DNA from: Candidatus Enterousia sp.
GTDB lineage: Bacteria; Pseudomonadota; Alphaproteobacteria; Rs-D84
Assembly (NCBI GenBank): GCA_045645065.1
Contig: JAZRIB010000013.1
Location: 230-64,229, forward strand
Direction: 5' to 3'
Length of the DNA stretch: 64,000 nucleotides
Made by a program: the position numbers and the translations under genes. The first letter of the stretch is position 1. Each line of letters opens with the position of its first letter. The notes under the pieces were generated by a model. It did no database searches. It saw nothing but the letters and a program-made list of their open reading frames with translations, and was not told the origin of the DNA. Shown here in pieces: positions 49,386 through 59,379 of this stretch.

Positions 49386-49646
49386 GAATTCCTCCTTTTT
49401 TTTATAAAACTAATGAACGCGAGCAAAATGTTGATTGGACAAAAACATAGAATAGGAATGCATACTATGTCGAAAACGATTACTTTGTTTTTGTGTGTTT
49501 TTATGGAATTTGGATCCAGGTTCTGGCACATAAGGTCTGTGTTTATCTTTTGTCTCCTTCTTTTTGTGTTATAATAAAGCAGACATATTGTAATTATAGA
49601 ATAATAAGTTTTTGATTCAACAAAAAATAATGCAGAACAAGTGGTT

Positions 49647-50243
49647 TTACTGCTTCAAATTTTCTGCGACGGTATCCCAATCAACCAAATGGTTCAGATA
49701 TGTATCAACAAAATCGCCGCGACGATTTTGATAATCGACATAGTACGCATGTTCCCATACATCTAAATTTAATATAGGTTTCATATTGTGTGCGATTGGT
49801 GTATCTGCGTTGGGTAAGTTTATAATCTTTAATTCATTGCCATCGCGCACCAGCCATGTGTAACCACTGCCAAACAAACTGGTCGCCGCAGATTTGAATT
49901 GTTTTCGAAAATTTTCATCCCCACCAAACGCATTTGAAATCTCGGTCGGAATTTCGCCACCACAATCCCGACACATTCCGCTGAAAAAGAAATCGTGATT
50001 GAACACCTGGGCGGCATTGTTAAATATTTTTTGTGCGTTTGGATTATTGTTGTCGCGTGTTGATGTGTTTATGATTTCATATAAAGACACCGATTCGTAT
50101 GGTGTATCTTGAATTAACTCGTTCAGGTTTTTTATATATGTTGCCACGTGTTTGCCGTGATGCAGTTCCAGTGTTTCTTGGGACATATATGGTGCTAATG
50201 CGTCGTATGTATATGGTAATGGGAATTGCGCCAGTGTGAACAT
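49647..50243 (-). CDS. sodB: Fe/Mn superoxide dismutase (Fe-type signature)
   Basis: LPYTYDALAPYMSQETLELHHGKHV and DVWEHAYYVDYQNRR. AAGGAG RBS. Confidence 0.93.
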   Translation of the reverse strand: MFTLAQFPLPYTYDALAPYMSQETLELHHGKHVATYIKNLNELIQDTPYESVSLYEIINTSTRDNNNPNAQKIFNNAAQVFNHDFFFSGMCRDCGGEIPTEISNAFGGDENFRKQFKSAATSLFGSGYTWLVRDGNELKIINLPNADTPIAHNMKPILNLDVWEHAYYVDYQNRRGDFVDTYLNHLVDWDTVAENLKQ

Positions 50244-50389
50244 ATTTTATCTCCTTTGATTTTTTTATGTTGGGTGGTGCGTCATAAAAAAGCAACAGGA
50301 ATGAATTAACAAAAAAATATAAAAATTACTTGCGTTAATAAAATAAACTTTTCTATAATCAAAACATCTAAATATCAAAAGGAGAAAAA

Positions 50390-50968
50390 ATGAAAAAATT
50401 ATCAGCATTGTTTGCATTGTGTGGATTGGCATTTGTTGGCGCTGCATCTGCGGCCGATATTACAGTATATTATTCCCCAACATGCCCACATTGTCATCAC
50501 GCACGTGAATTTATTTCCCAGAACTTGGTTTATGAATATCCAATGATTTCTGTTACAGAAGTTAACGTTATGGACCAAGCCAACATGGAAAAGTTCCAAG
50601 CAACATTAACAAAATGTGAATATGAATCTGGTGGTGTGCCTGTATTAACTGTTGGTGATAAATGCTTCCAGGGTTATGCTGATTTTATGCAGACTGAATT
50701 ACGCGAAGCAGTCGAAGCGGATTTAAGCGATGCCGACAAAGCAAGTGCGGCTGAAAATAAAAAAGCAATGGAAGAAGATGCAGAAAAATTCAAATCCGAA
50801 AACGCAGACAAGAAAGCAACGGTGTCAGAATATACAGCTCCTGTTGAAACAGCTTCAGTAGAAGCTCAAAAAAAAAATCCTGGCTCGTCTAGCATAATGT
50901 TCTGGGGCTTATTAATTGTATTGGTTGCGGGTCTGGGATTTGTTTTGGTTCGTAAAGACAAGAAATAA
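50390..50968 (+). CDS. exported thioredoxin/glutaredoxin-fold protein with CPHC active site and C-terminal TM anchor
   Basis: Signal peptide ending GAASA|AD, YYSPTCPHCHHAREF, a GVPVLTVGDKCFQGY glutaredoxin-like turn, an acidic/Lys-rich linker, and the terminal IMFWGLLIVLVAGLGFVLV helix. Confidence 0.75.
   Translation: MKKLSALFALCGLAFVGAASAADITVYYSPTCPHCHHAREFISQNLVYEYPMISVTEVNVMDQANMEKFQATLTKCEYESGGVPVLTVGDKCFQGYADFMQTELREAVEADLSDADKASAAENKKAMEEDAEKFKSENADKKATVSEYTAPVETASVEAQKKNPGSSSIMFWGLLIVLVAGLGFVLVRKDKK
50868..50877 (+). repeat. A10 homopolymer inside the CPHC-protein coding sequence
   Basis: caa aaa aaa aat (QKKN), just upstream of the C-terminal anchor-coding part. Confidence 0.9.
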
Positions 50969-50997
50969 TAAGCCATCAATCGAATCAGGAAAAGTAT

Positions 50998-51738
50998 ATG
51001 TTTGATTTAACTTCGCTTGATTATGTCTATGTGGGTGTCGTTCTGGCATCCACAATTTGGGCATTTGTTCGTGGTGGTGTTTTTGAAACGATTGCAACGT
51101 TGTCGTGGGTTGTTGCTGCGATTGCTGCGCGCTTCGCATCACCATGGTTGGATAAATTGCTGCAATCGTGGTTTGATTTATCGTCGTCAACTGTTGGCAC
51201 ATTGATTGCGTCGTATTTTATTGTATTTTTTATTATTTTGATATTGGTTGGTTTCCTGAACCAAAAATTGCGCGACAGAATTCATGACAGTGTGATGAAG
51301 ATAACAGATCGCACACTGGGGATAATATTTGGTATAATCCGTGGAATTGTTGTAATGGGTGGTGTGTATTGGGTACTGTTGTGGTATTATTCGGATTCTA
51401 TGCATTTACCACGGTGGCTTGAATATTCACGTACGCGTCCTGTTATGCAGTATACGGCTGCAAAACTTGATGAATGGTTTGTTCCTGGTGCACCAAATAA
51501 ATTGTTGGCACGTGATCGTGCGGCCTCAATTGAAAGTATCAAGATTTTTCAAAATCTGATTAATCCAGCGGTCAGCAGTGATTCAGAAAAAAAATCAAAT
51601 GATTCTGGTGCAACTGAAACAGGTTATAAATCATCTGAACGCACAGCGCTAGAAAATCAGTTGTTACAAATAGAGACGGCTGCGCGTGCCGATGCTGTAC
51701 GTGATTCAGCATCCACAGAACCGATAATAGCAGAATAA
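50998..51738 (+). CDS. cvpA: CvpA-family membrane protein
   Basis: The N-terminus LDYVYVGVVLASTIWAFVRGGVFETIATLSWVVAAIAA and a 4-TM layout are typical of CvpA. Confidence 0.8.
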   Translation: MFDLTSLDYVYVGVVLASTIWAFVRGGVFETIATLSWVVAAIAARFASPWLDKLLQSWFDLSSSTVGTLIASYFIVFFIILILVGFLNQKLRDRIHDSVMKITDRTLGIIFGIIRGIVVMGGVYWVLLWYYSDSMHLPRWLEYSRTRPVMQYTAAKLDEWFVPGAPNKLLARDRAASIESIKIFQNLINPAVSSDSEKKSNDSGATETGYKSSERTALENQLLQIETAARADAVRDSASTEPIIAE

Positions 51739-51762
51739 AAAACCGGCGTTGCCGGTTTTTTT
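51737..51762 (+). terminator. intrinsic terminator of cvpA
   Basis: Stem aaccggc/gccggtt followed by T7. Confidence 0.8.
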
Positions 51763-51824
51763 ATTATTTGCGTGTTAATAAAATCATTGGTATAGTTTGA
51801 TTCAATAAATGTTAAGGGAAAAAT

Positions 51825-52427
51825 ATGTTACGAAAAACAGATATAGTTGTTTTTGATTTTGACGGTACGTTGTCTGCGCGTGATTCGAATATTGAATTTG
51901 CCAAATATTGTTTCAAGCATTCTTGTCGACCTTGGTTTTATTTACCGTTGATGGGCGTGTGTGCTGTTGCGCGTTGGGTAAAACCAGATGGTGTTTGGTG
52001 GCGTGAAAATATTCGTCGGTTTTTGACACGTGATATGGTGAAAAAATTTGCTCCTGAATTTATCAAGTTGCACAAACGTGAACGATTTGGCTGGGCCAAA
52101 GAACGTGTTCAATCTGAACGTGATGCGGGTCGTACGGTTGTCTTGATTTCAGCCAGTACGGATTATCTGGTGCCGTATCTTGTTCGTGATATGAAATTTG
52201 ATGTTGTTTTGACATCTCGTATGGAAAAGAATCGACCATGGAAATATGAATATTTGTGCTGGGGCCTGAACAAGGTTTATGCGCTTGACGAATGGGCGCG
52301 TCAAAACAAAATTATACCGCATGTTGTTCGTTCTTATTCAGACAGTAAATCTGATTTGCCAATGATGGATATCGCAGACGAACAGGTCTGGATTGATCGC
52401 AAAACAGGTATGCGAAAAGATGCCTAG
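51825..52427 (+). CDS. HAD-superfamily (IB-like) hydrolase
   Basis: Motif I VVFDFDGTLS, motif II ISAST, and a late YSDSKSDLPMM acidic motif. Confidence 0.75.
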   Translation: MLRKTDIVVFDFDGTLSARDSNIEFAKYCFKHSCRPWFYLPLMGVCAVARWVKPDGVWWRENIRRFLTRDMVKKFAPEFIKLHKRERFGWAKERVQSERDAGRTVVLISASTDYLVPYLVRDMKFDVVLTSRMEKNRPWKYEYLCWGLNKVYALDEWARQNKIIPHVVRSYSDSKSDLPMMDIADEQVWIDRKTGMRKDA

Positions 52428-52462
52428 TGCAACATTGATGCAAAAAATGTTAAAGTGTATCT

Positions 52463-52750
52463 ATGGCTGTTATAGATACACTTTTTGATGTTTTAAGCGC
52501 GTCTGTTGGTGCAACGTTTGGTGTGTTGGTCGGTTTTGTATTGAATCGTAAAAGTCGCCAGAAAATGGCAAATCAAGTTGTGCTTAGTCGTGCAGAATTG
52601 GAAAAGATTAAACTTGAAAATTCTGAACTGTTAAAAAGAGTCCAAGACAAAGAAAATACAATTCTTCAAATGCAAATGCAGATTTTGGGTGATGATGTTA
52701 CAGATAAGGGTACATCACAAAAAAAGAAGCCAAGGCGAACCAAGAAATAA
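52463..52750 (+). CDS. small membrane-anchored coiled-coil hypothetical protein
   Basis: N-terminal hydrophobic helix, a coiled-coil stretch (LSRAELEKIKLENSELLKRVQDKENTILQMQMQI) and a Lys-rich tail. Confidence 0.5.
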   Translation: MAVIDTLFDVLSASVGATFGVLVGFVLNRKSRQKMANQVVLSRAELEKIKLENSELLKRVQDKENTILQMQMQILGDDVTDKGTSQKKKPRRTKK

Positions 52751-52775
52751 AAAATCCCCAAAAGGGGATTTTTTT
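52749..52775. terminator. bidirectional terminator
   Basis: A6, stem atcccc/ggggat with aaaa loop, T6. Confidence 0.8.
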
Positions 52776-52778
52776 GAT

Positions 52779-52985
52779 TTAGAATCCGAAAACCATACGC
52801 TGTTTTGATTGACGTTTCTTTTCGTTGCGAACGGCTTCTTCTTTTAAACGTTTGCGTTTTGTTGTTGGTTTTTCATAACGCTGACGTTCTTTCATTTCGC
52901 GGTACAGACCTTCTTTCTGTGATTTACGTTTTGCAACACGCAGTGCCTGTTCAACGTTGTTGTCGCGAACCAGAACTTTTACCAT
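52779..52985 (-). CDS. rpsU: 30S ribosomal protein S21
   Basis: [41 protein letters not shown] is a typical S21 sequence. Confidence 0.93.
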   Translation of the reverse strand: MVKVLVRDNNVEQALRVAKRKSQKEGLYREMKERQRYEKPTTKRKRLKEEAVRNEKKRQSKQRMVFGF

Positions 52986-53028
52986 ATGTATTCACCCCCT
53001 TTAACGCAATTTATTCTTTGTTTTACTT

Positions 53029-53050
53029 AAAAAGGGGATTTGCATCCCCT
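53029..53050 (-). terminator. intrinsic terminator downstream of tRNA-Ala
   Basis: On the minus strand, stem agggga/tcccct is followed by ttttt. Confidence 0.65.
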
Positions 53051-53063
53051 TCCATTTTTGTTT

Positions 53064-53139
53064 TGGTGGAGCCAATCAGACTCGAACTGACGACCCCCTG
53101 CTTGCAAAGCAGGTGCTCTACCAACTGAGCTATGACCCC
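53064..53139 (-). tRNA. tRNA-Ala (anticodon UGC), CCA encoded
   Basis: The reverse complement GGGGTCATAGCTCAGTTGGTAGAGCACCTGCTTTGCAAGCAGGGGGTCGTCAGTTCGAGTCTGATTGGCTCCACCA has the G3:U70 identity pair and anticodon loop TTTGCAA. It is not part of an rRNA operon in this window. Confidence 0.93.
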
Positions 53140-53260
53140 AAAACTTTGCACTTTCATTTCTGAAAGCGAACGAATTTTATACGTTTTAAAAACAAATGTC
53201 AACAGAAAATTGCATTTTATTTGTTGACAAATATTTTTTGTCCCTTAAAATCTGAACATT

Positions 53261-54214
53261 ATGAATTCTAGATACCAAATTCCGGCAAACTTCTATGAAC
53301 TTTTGCCTGAATTAAAAGAAAAAACTTTTAAATGGCGATTGGAATACAGCTCGCGTTCGGAAAACGCGACTATTGGCTATATTACCCATTACAGCCCCAT
53401 TTTGGACAATGGCAAAAAGCCAAATGGCAATATTATATTAGCGCCAGGTCTGGCCAGCAATGCAGATATAGAACCATTAATGAAGGTAATTACATACTGG
53501 GCCCTGACCAAGAAGTTTAATGTTTATTCAATCACAACATTTCTGGGGGACTTTAAACCAGAAGTTACCCCAGCATTGGCCGCCCGCAACACATTCCCAG
53601 AATTTATCAAATTAATGGATATGGGCATCGATTTAATCGAAGAGCAATGTCGCGACCAATGGACGTGCCTTATTGGACATTCTGCGGGCGCAACCGGTGC
53701 AATCGAGATATTTAACAAGCGAATAAAAGAAAACAAAACACCGCGTGTGTCGGCGGCGATTTTATTTGCCCCCTGGTGTACAACACAATGGCACGATTTT
53801 ATTAAATCCGTATACAAGGTTCGCCATTGTTCCCCCAATATTACTGATGAAGAATTTGCAAAAACGCCAATGGGATTGATAAGTCCACACAACATCGCCC
53901 AAAATAACTGTATGCGATATGTGACGATATTGCCCGAATTTTATGATTATATGGAAACGTCTAATTTTCGCCCCGACCTAATGTCACAATACAACATTCC
54001 CGTCACAATTGTTGGTGGTGGCCGCGACAGAAAGTCCCCAGTTGAAATGCTAAAAAGTGTACACAAAATATTAGCCAGCGGTCCAAACGGACACATGTTC
54101 AGATTTGTTGAATTCCCCAACAGCAAACACTCTTTTATCGACCAACACAAAGATTATCTGTCTATTATCAGATTGATTCAAAGCCAACATATAAAGAAAA
54201 GATGTTCCAAATAA
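53261..54214 (+). CDS. alpha/beta-fold hydrolase
   Basis: Nucleophile elbow LIGHSAGATGA (GxSxG), a late Asp (GGGRDRKSP) and His (NSKHSF) consistent with a Ser-Asp-His triad. Confidence 0.75.
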   Translation: MNSRYQIPANFYELLPELKEKTFKWRLEYSSRSENATIGYITHYSPILDNGKKPNGNIILAPGLASNADIEPLMKVITYWALTKKFNVYSITTFLGDFKPEVTPALAARNTFPEFIKLMDMGIDLIEEQCRDQWTCLIGHSAGATGAIEIFNKRIKENKTPRVSAAILFAPWCTTQWHDFIKSVYKVRHCSPNITDEEFAKTPMGLISPHNIAQNNCMRYVTILPEFYDYMETSNFRPDLMSQYNIPVTIVGGGRDRKSPVEMLKSVHKILASGPNGHMFRFVEFPNSKHSFIDQHKDYLSIIRLIQSQHIKKRCSK

Positions 54215-54255
54215 CACTGGACAGAATTTTACACACAACCTATAATAGAATCACT

Positions 54256-56073
54256 ATGGCAAAGAAAAAAACATTTATTGAAAAAATAAAATCCTTTATT
54301 AAGGGTGACAAATCCAACGGTCGTATTAAGTGGTCCTTGTATGGTCGCGTCTGGCAAGAAGTGGGACGTCCATATGTAAAATGGCTGATTGCTGGTATTA
54401 TATTTACTGTTTTGGCCGCCGGGGCTGAGGCATATACCATAACCCTGGTTCAACAGGTTGTAGACCAGGCATTTATTGAAAAAAGCATGGCGGCGATATA
54501 TTTTCTTGGCGGCCAGGTTATAATTGCATTCGGTGCCAAGGGTGCGTTCACATATGCAAAATCCCTTATTATGTCTAAGGGGGGATTACTGGCGCATGCA
54601 AATTTGCAAAAAAAGATTTATAATCATATGACGCATATGAACTTGGCGCGATTCTATGGTGACGGGATTGGGAAAAATTTGAACTATTTCACGGTGCAAT
54701 CGGGCGCGGTATTAAGTCTGGTTACAAATACTGTTATCAAACTGGTTCAAAATGTTGCAACACTGGCGATGACGTTGGGACTTATGTTTTATTATGCGCC
54801 ACAAATGTGTGCGGTGTTGTTGTTCTTAACGCCGGCCATTATGGTTCCGATGGTTGTTATTATGCGCAGACGTCGCAAGTTATCACGTCAATCATTTGGT
54901 ATTGCCAACGATGTTTCGCAACAATTAAACCAGACGTTGCACGGTATTAAAACAATTCAGTCTTTTGCAAATGAAAATCGCGAAGCAAAAAATTTTGAAC
55001 GTGTGTTAAACAATTCTGTTGTTAATTCGTACAAAAGTACCCAGGCAAACGCCTTGCGTTCGCCATTAATGGAATTTATGATATCGATTGGTTTGTGTAT
55101 TGCGATGATTATGGGTGGGCACTTTATTTCCAGCGGTGCAATAACAACCGGTGATTTTACAGCGTTCTTGCTGGCGCTGACTGCGGCGTATAAACCTGCA
55201 AAAAGTATAACTGGTACTGGCGATACATTACAGCACGGATTATTAGCGGCAGAAATTTTGTTTGATTTCCTGGATAGCAAGCCTGATATTGTCGATGCAC
55301 CAGATGCGGTTGAATTAAAATCTAAGAATATGTCTGTTGCATTTGATAATGTTTCGTTTGAATACAATGCTGGCGAACCGGTGTTACAAAATATTAATCT
55401 GAATGTGCCTGCTGGTAAAGTGTGTGCCTTGGTTGGGCCATCGGGTGGTGGCAAGACGACAATGTTCAATTTGCTGGAACGTTTCTATGAACCTCAGATG
55501 GGAAAAATCACAATCAATCGTCGTGACATACGTAAATATACGCTAAAATCACTGCGCAAGAATATAGCAGAAGTTTCCCAAGATGTATTCTTGTTCAACG
55601 GTACGATTGCAGATAATATTAAGTACGGCAACGAAAAAGCGACGGACGAAATGGTAATTGCTGCAGCACGTGCTGCTAATGCCCACGATTTCATTATGGA
55701 ATTCCCAGACGGATACAATACATGCGTTGGTGAACGTGGTGGATTGTTGTCGGGTGGGCAAAAACAGCGTATCGCAATTGCCCGCGCAATATTAAAAGAC
55801 GCACCAATCGTGTTATTGGACGAAGCGACATCTGCGCTGGATACGCAAAGCGAAAAATTGATTCAAAGCGCATTAAAAGACCTGATGCAGGGTCGCACAA
55901 CATTCGTGATTGCGCACCGTCTGTCTACTATTTTGGATGCTGATATCATCTGTGTAATCAAAGATGGTCGAATTGTTGAAATGGGTACGGACGAACAATT
56001 GTGCGCACTTAATGGTGAATACAAGCGTTTGCGCGACATTCAATTCAAGACAAAAACAAAAAACAAAAAATAA
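54256..56073 (+). CDS. msbA: MsbA-like ABC transporter (fused permease/ATPase)
   Basis: Six-TM exporter domain, then GPSGGGKTT, LSGGQKQRIAIARAIL and VLLDEATSALD. ATG 54202 is an alternative start. Confidence 0.85.
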   Translation: MAKKKTFIEKIKSFIKGDKSNGRIKWSLYGRVWQEVGRPYVKWLIAGIIFTVLAAGAEAYTITLVQQVVDQAFIEKSMAAIYFLGGQVIIAFGAKGAFTYAKSLIMSKGGLLAHANLQKKIYNHMTHMNLARFYGDGIGKNLNYFTVQSGAVLSLVTNTVIKLVQNVATLAMTLGLMFYYAPQMCAVLLFLTPAIMVPMVVIMRRRRKLSRQSFGIANDVSQQLNQTLHGIKTIQSFANENREAKNFERVLNNSVVNSYKSTQANALRSPLMEFMISIGLCIAMIMGGHFISSGAITTGDFTAFLLALTAAYKPAKSITGTGDTLQHGLLAAEILFDFLDSKPDIVDAPDAVELKSKNMSVAFDNVSFEYNAGEPVLQNINLNVPAGKVCALVGPSGGGKTTMFNLLERFYEPQMGKITINRRDIRKYTLKSLRKNIAEVSQDVFLFNGTIADNIKYGNEKATDEMVIAAARAANAHDFIMEFPDGYNTCVGERGGLLSGGQKQRIAIARAILKDAPIVLLDEATSALDTQSEKLIQSALKDLMQGRTTFVIAHRLSTILDADIICVIKDGRIVEMGTDEQLCALNGEYKRLRDIQFKTKTKNKK

Positions 56074-56076
56074 AAA

Positions 56077-56105
56077 TCCACCCGCGAATTGCGGGGATTT
56101 TTTTT
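56077..56105 (+). terminator. intrinsic terminator of the msbA-like gene
   Basis: Stem cccgc/gcggg (extended) followed by T8. Confidence 0.8.
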
Positions 56106-56110
56106 GATGC

Positions 56111-56139
56111 TTGCAAAACAGATGTCTTTGTCTTACAAT
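56111..56139 (+). promoter_or_regulatory. sigma-70-like promoter TTGCAA-N17-TACAAT upstream of mrcA
   Basis: ttgcaa (56111-56116), a 17-nt spacer, tacaat (56134-56139). The ATG at 56149 is only about 9 nt downstream, so the mRNA may be nearly leaderless. Confidence 0.4.
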
Positions 56140-56148
56140 TTACATACT

Positions 56149-58194
56149 ATGAAATTCAAAAAGATTCTGCGTATATTTTTTAATATCATATTTTGGTGTT
56201 TTACTGCAGCGATTGCAGTTGTTGCAGCGTTGGTTTTAATATACGGCAATGATTTACCAGATTATAAAAATTTGGCGACATATGCGCCACCTGTGGCAAC
56301 ACGCTTATATGCATCAGACGGTTCTTTGTTAATTGAATACGCCGAAGAACGTCGTGTGTTTATTGATTATGACGATATGCCTGCCCAGTTGGTTAATGCT
56401 TTTATTGCCGCCGAAGATCAAAATTTTTGGACACATCCTGGTATTGATGTCCAGGGTATAATTCGTGCTGCAACAAACAATGCTATGCGCATGATTGGCT
56501 ATGATGCAAGTTTTTCTGGTGCGTCAACCATTACACAACAGGTGGCAAAAAACTTTTTCTTGTCTTCTGAACGTACCATTTCGCGCAAGATAAAAGAAGC
56601 AATATTAGCCTTACGTTTGGAACGAACGTTTTCTAAACAACACATATTGACTTTGTACCTGAATCAAATATTTCTTGGGGCGCGTGCATATGGTGTTGGT
56701 TCTGCGACGCTGATGTATTTTAACAAGCCTGTATCTGAATTGTCATTGGCGCAATGTGCATTTTTAGCCTCTTTACCAAAGGCACCAAACAATCGTGAAA
56801 ATGCGATAGAACGCCGTAATTATGTTTTGCGCCGTATGGTCCAAGAAGGTTATATAACCCAGGCCCAGGCGGATGTGGCTGCGGTTGAAGAATTAGATAT
56901 TAACAGTGGATTTACCGCTCAAATGGAACCTGATTTTCAATATTTTGCCGAAGATGTACGTCGTCAATTATTGCGCACCCTCGGGCGAGAGGTTTTATAC
57001 AACCAAGGTTTATATATAAAAACGACGATTAACCCAGAATTGCAACGCGCAGCAACCGCCGCGCTGGCCAAAGAATTGGATGTCTATAACAAGAATCATA
57101 AGGGTTCAGAACCACTTCAAGGTGCATTAATTGCAATGAATCCGCACACCGGTCGAATTGTTGCGATGGTTGGTGGACGTTCTTTCCAGGAAAGTTCTTT
57201 TAATCGCGCAACCCAGGCATATCGTCAGGTTGGTTCTACGATAAAACCGTTTGTTTATCTGGCGGCTTTGGAACGTGGTTACAGTCCGCAAAGTTTATTG
57301 TTGGACGCACCGATTGTCGGAATTCGTGCAGATCTAAGTGAATGGAAACCCGAAAATTATGATAAAAAATTCTTGGGTGATGTGCCACTGCGCTTGTCGC
57401 TGGAAACATCGCGTAATGTTCCGACTGTGCGTTTGGTACAAAGTATTGGTGAACAGAATGCAATAGAAGCCGCCCAGCGTTTCGGTGTTTATCCATCAGA
57501 TATGAATAATATAAATTTATCTATGGCGTTGGGGTCTGGGGAAACAACGTTGGAAAAATTAGTATTGGGTTATTCTGCGTTTGTAAATGGTGGACACGCG
57601 ATTCAGCCACGTATGGTCGATTATATTGCGGACAGATATGGTCGTGTTATTGGTGGCGCACCATCAGAATTAATAGAATGGTCTGCGGATTTGATGCCAC
57701 CAACAATGTCTGAAAATTCAGAACCATTGTCTGATGCGCAAAGTCTTTATCAAATGGTTTCGATTTTACAGGGTGCGGTTGAACGTGGTACTGGAAAACA
57801 GGCGCGTGTATCTGGTCATACGATTGCCGGAAAAACAGGAACAACAAACGATGTCAAAGACGTTTGGTTTATTGGTTTTTCCAAGAATTTAATTGCTGGG
57901 GTATATTTGGGATTTGATAATCCAAAAACCTTGGGTAAGGGGGCTGGTTCTCATATGGCGGCGCGTGTGTTTGCGGACTTTATGAAAACTGCGCTGGCGA
58001 ACGAAAAAAATCAACCTTTTTCCGTACCAGATGGTATGACGTTTGTGCGTGTTAATCGCAACACTGGGATTGCGGCATCTGCCGATCCGAACGGCGTTAT
58101 TATAAGTGAAGCCTTTAAGCCTGGTCAAAAACCAAATCCAGCCCCAGAAACCAAGCAATCTGCGTCCGGTGCATTCGTTGGTGGAATCTTTTAG
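56149..58194 (+). CDS. mrcA: penicillin-binding protein 1A (bifunctional transglycosylase/transpeptidase)
   Basis: TM anchor, GT51 motifs (AAEDQNFWTHPGID, RKIKEA) and transpeptidase motifs STIKPF and KTGTT. The track start at 56089 is a TTG inside the preceding terminator. Confidence 0.92.
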   Translation: MKFKKILRIFFNIIFWCFTAAIAVVAALVLIYGNDLPDYKNLATYAPPVATRLYASDGSLLIEYAEERRVFIDYDDMPAQLVNAFIAAEDQNFWTHPGIDVQGIIRAATNNAMRMIGYDASFSGASTITQQVAKNFFLSSERTISRKIKEAILALRLERTFSKQHILTLYLNQIFLGARAYGVGSATLMYFNKPVSELSLAQCAFLASLPKAPNNRENAIERRNYVLRRMVQEGYITQAQADVAAVEELDINSGFTAQMEPDFQYFAEDVRRQLLRTLGREVLYNQGLYIKTTINPELQRAATAALAKELDVYNKNHKGSEPLQGALIAMNPHTGRIVAMVGGRSFQESSFNRATQAYRQVGSTIKPFVYLAALERGYSPQSLLLDAPIVGIRADLSEWKPENYDKKFLGDVPLRLSLETSRNVPTVRLVQSIGEQNAIEAAQRFGVYPSDMNNINLSMALGSGETTLEKLVLGYSAFVNGGHAIQPRMVDYIADRYGRVIGGAPSELIEWSADLMPPTMSENSEPLSDAQSLYQMVSILQGAVERGTGKQARVSGHTIAGKTGTTNDVKDVWFIGFSKNLIAGVYLGFDNPKTLGKGAGSHMAARVFADFMKTALANEKNQPFSVPDGMTFVRVNRNTGIAASADPNGVIISEAFKPGQKPNPAPETKQSASGAFVGGIF

Positions 58195-58272
58195 AAAACA
58201 TTATTAAATAACGTTTATTTTCATATTTTATTGTGATAGAATGGTCTGTGTAATAAGGCAAGGAGTTGTATT

Positions 58273-59364
58273 ATGCTGACCGATTATTTTTTATCCCACG
58301 GATTAATGTTTTTTGCAAGTGGCTGGATGCAGTTTGGTGCCGCCTTTGGTACGGCATTTATGATAATGCTGTTGTTTGGTCGCCCATTTATTCGTGCGAT
58401 GCGCACATGGCAAAAGCGGGGTCAGCCAATCAGTGAAAATGTACCCGTGGCACATCGTAAAAAGGCTGGAACGCCGACAATGGGTGGTGTTTTGGTTGTG
58501 TTTGCGATATTGGTTGGCGCAATATTGTTTATGCCAATGCATAATAATTTGCCGGGTTGGATTGCACTGATGTCTTTGGTAATGTTTGGTGTGCTGGGGT
58601 TTGCAGATGATTATAAAAAAGTTACATCGCAATCTAAGAAAGCGTCAAACGGTCTGTCACCAAAAATGCGTCTGATTATAGAAGGCGTGTTTGTTATAAT
58701 ATTGGCGTATTTAATTAACAAAACAATGCCACCATATATTCCAGAATATTCTTTGGCGATTGGTTCTGGGATTATTTTACCGCTGGGGTTATTGTATTAT
58801 GTATTTGCGTATTTTGTGATTTGTGGTGGCGCAAACGCGACAAATATCACAGACGGTCTGGACGGAATGTTGGCGAAATTATATATGCCGGTACTGGTTG
58901 TGTTGGTTGTTGCATTGTATGGTGCAACACGTATTGGATTTATGGATACTGTTATGTTTTTACCATCGGCCAGTGGTTTATACCCTGTGTTGGGTGCATC
59001 GTTTGGGGCGGTTCTTGGATTTTTGTGGTTTAATGCCAAACCTGCATCAATATTTATGGGGGACGCAGGTTCGTTGGCGTTGGGCGGTTTTATGGGTACG
59101 GTTGCAATGTTGTTAAAATCAGAAATTCTTATGGGGATTGCTGCGGGTATGATGGTTTTAATTTTGTTGTCATCATTTATCCAGACAATGTACTTTAAGT
59201 TGACGCGTCGTATGACAGGCACTGGCAAGCGTGTGTTTTTGCGTGCGCCATTGCATCATCATTTCGAAGAATTGGGCTGGGACGAAACTAAAATAGTAGA
59301 CAGATTTTTTATCATGTCGGTCTTGTTTTCTGGTCTTGCGCTTGCATTATTAAAATTCGCATAA
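58273..59364 (+). CDS. mraY: phospho-N-acetylmuramoyl-pentapeptide transferase
   Basis: HRKKAGTPTMGG, NATNITDGLDGM, and GDAGSLALGG are typical MraY motifs. Confidence 0.95.
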   Translation: MLTDYFLSHGLMFFASGWMQFGAAFGTAFMIMLLFGRPFIRAMRTWQKRGQPISENVPVAHRKKAGTPTMGGVLVVFAILVGAILFMPMHNNLPGWIALMSLVMFGVLGFADDYKKVTSQSKKASNGLSPKMRLIIEGVFVIILAYLINKTMPPYIPEYSLAIGSGIILPLGLLYYVFAYFVICGGANATNITDGLDGMLAKLYMPVLVVLVVALYGATRIGFMDTVMFLPSASGLYPVLGASFGAVLGFLWFNAKPASIFMGDAGSLALGGFMGTVAMLLKSEILMGIAAGMMVLILLSSFIQTMYFKLTRRMTGTGKRVFLRAPLHHHFEELGWDETKIVDRFFIMSVLFSGLALALLKFA

Positions 59365-59379
59365 AAGGAACGATAATCC

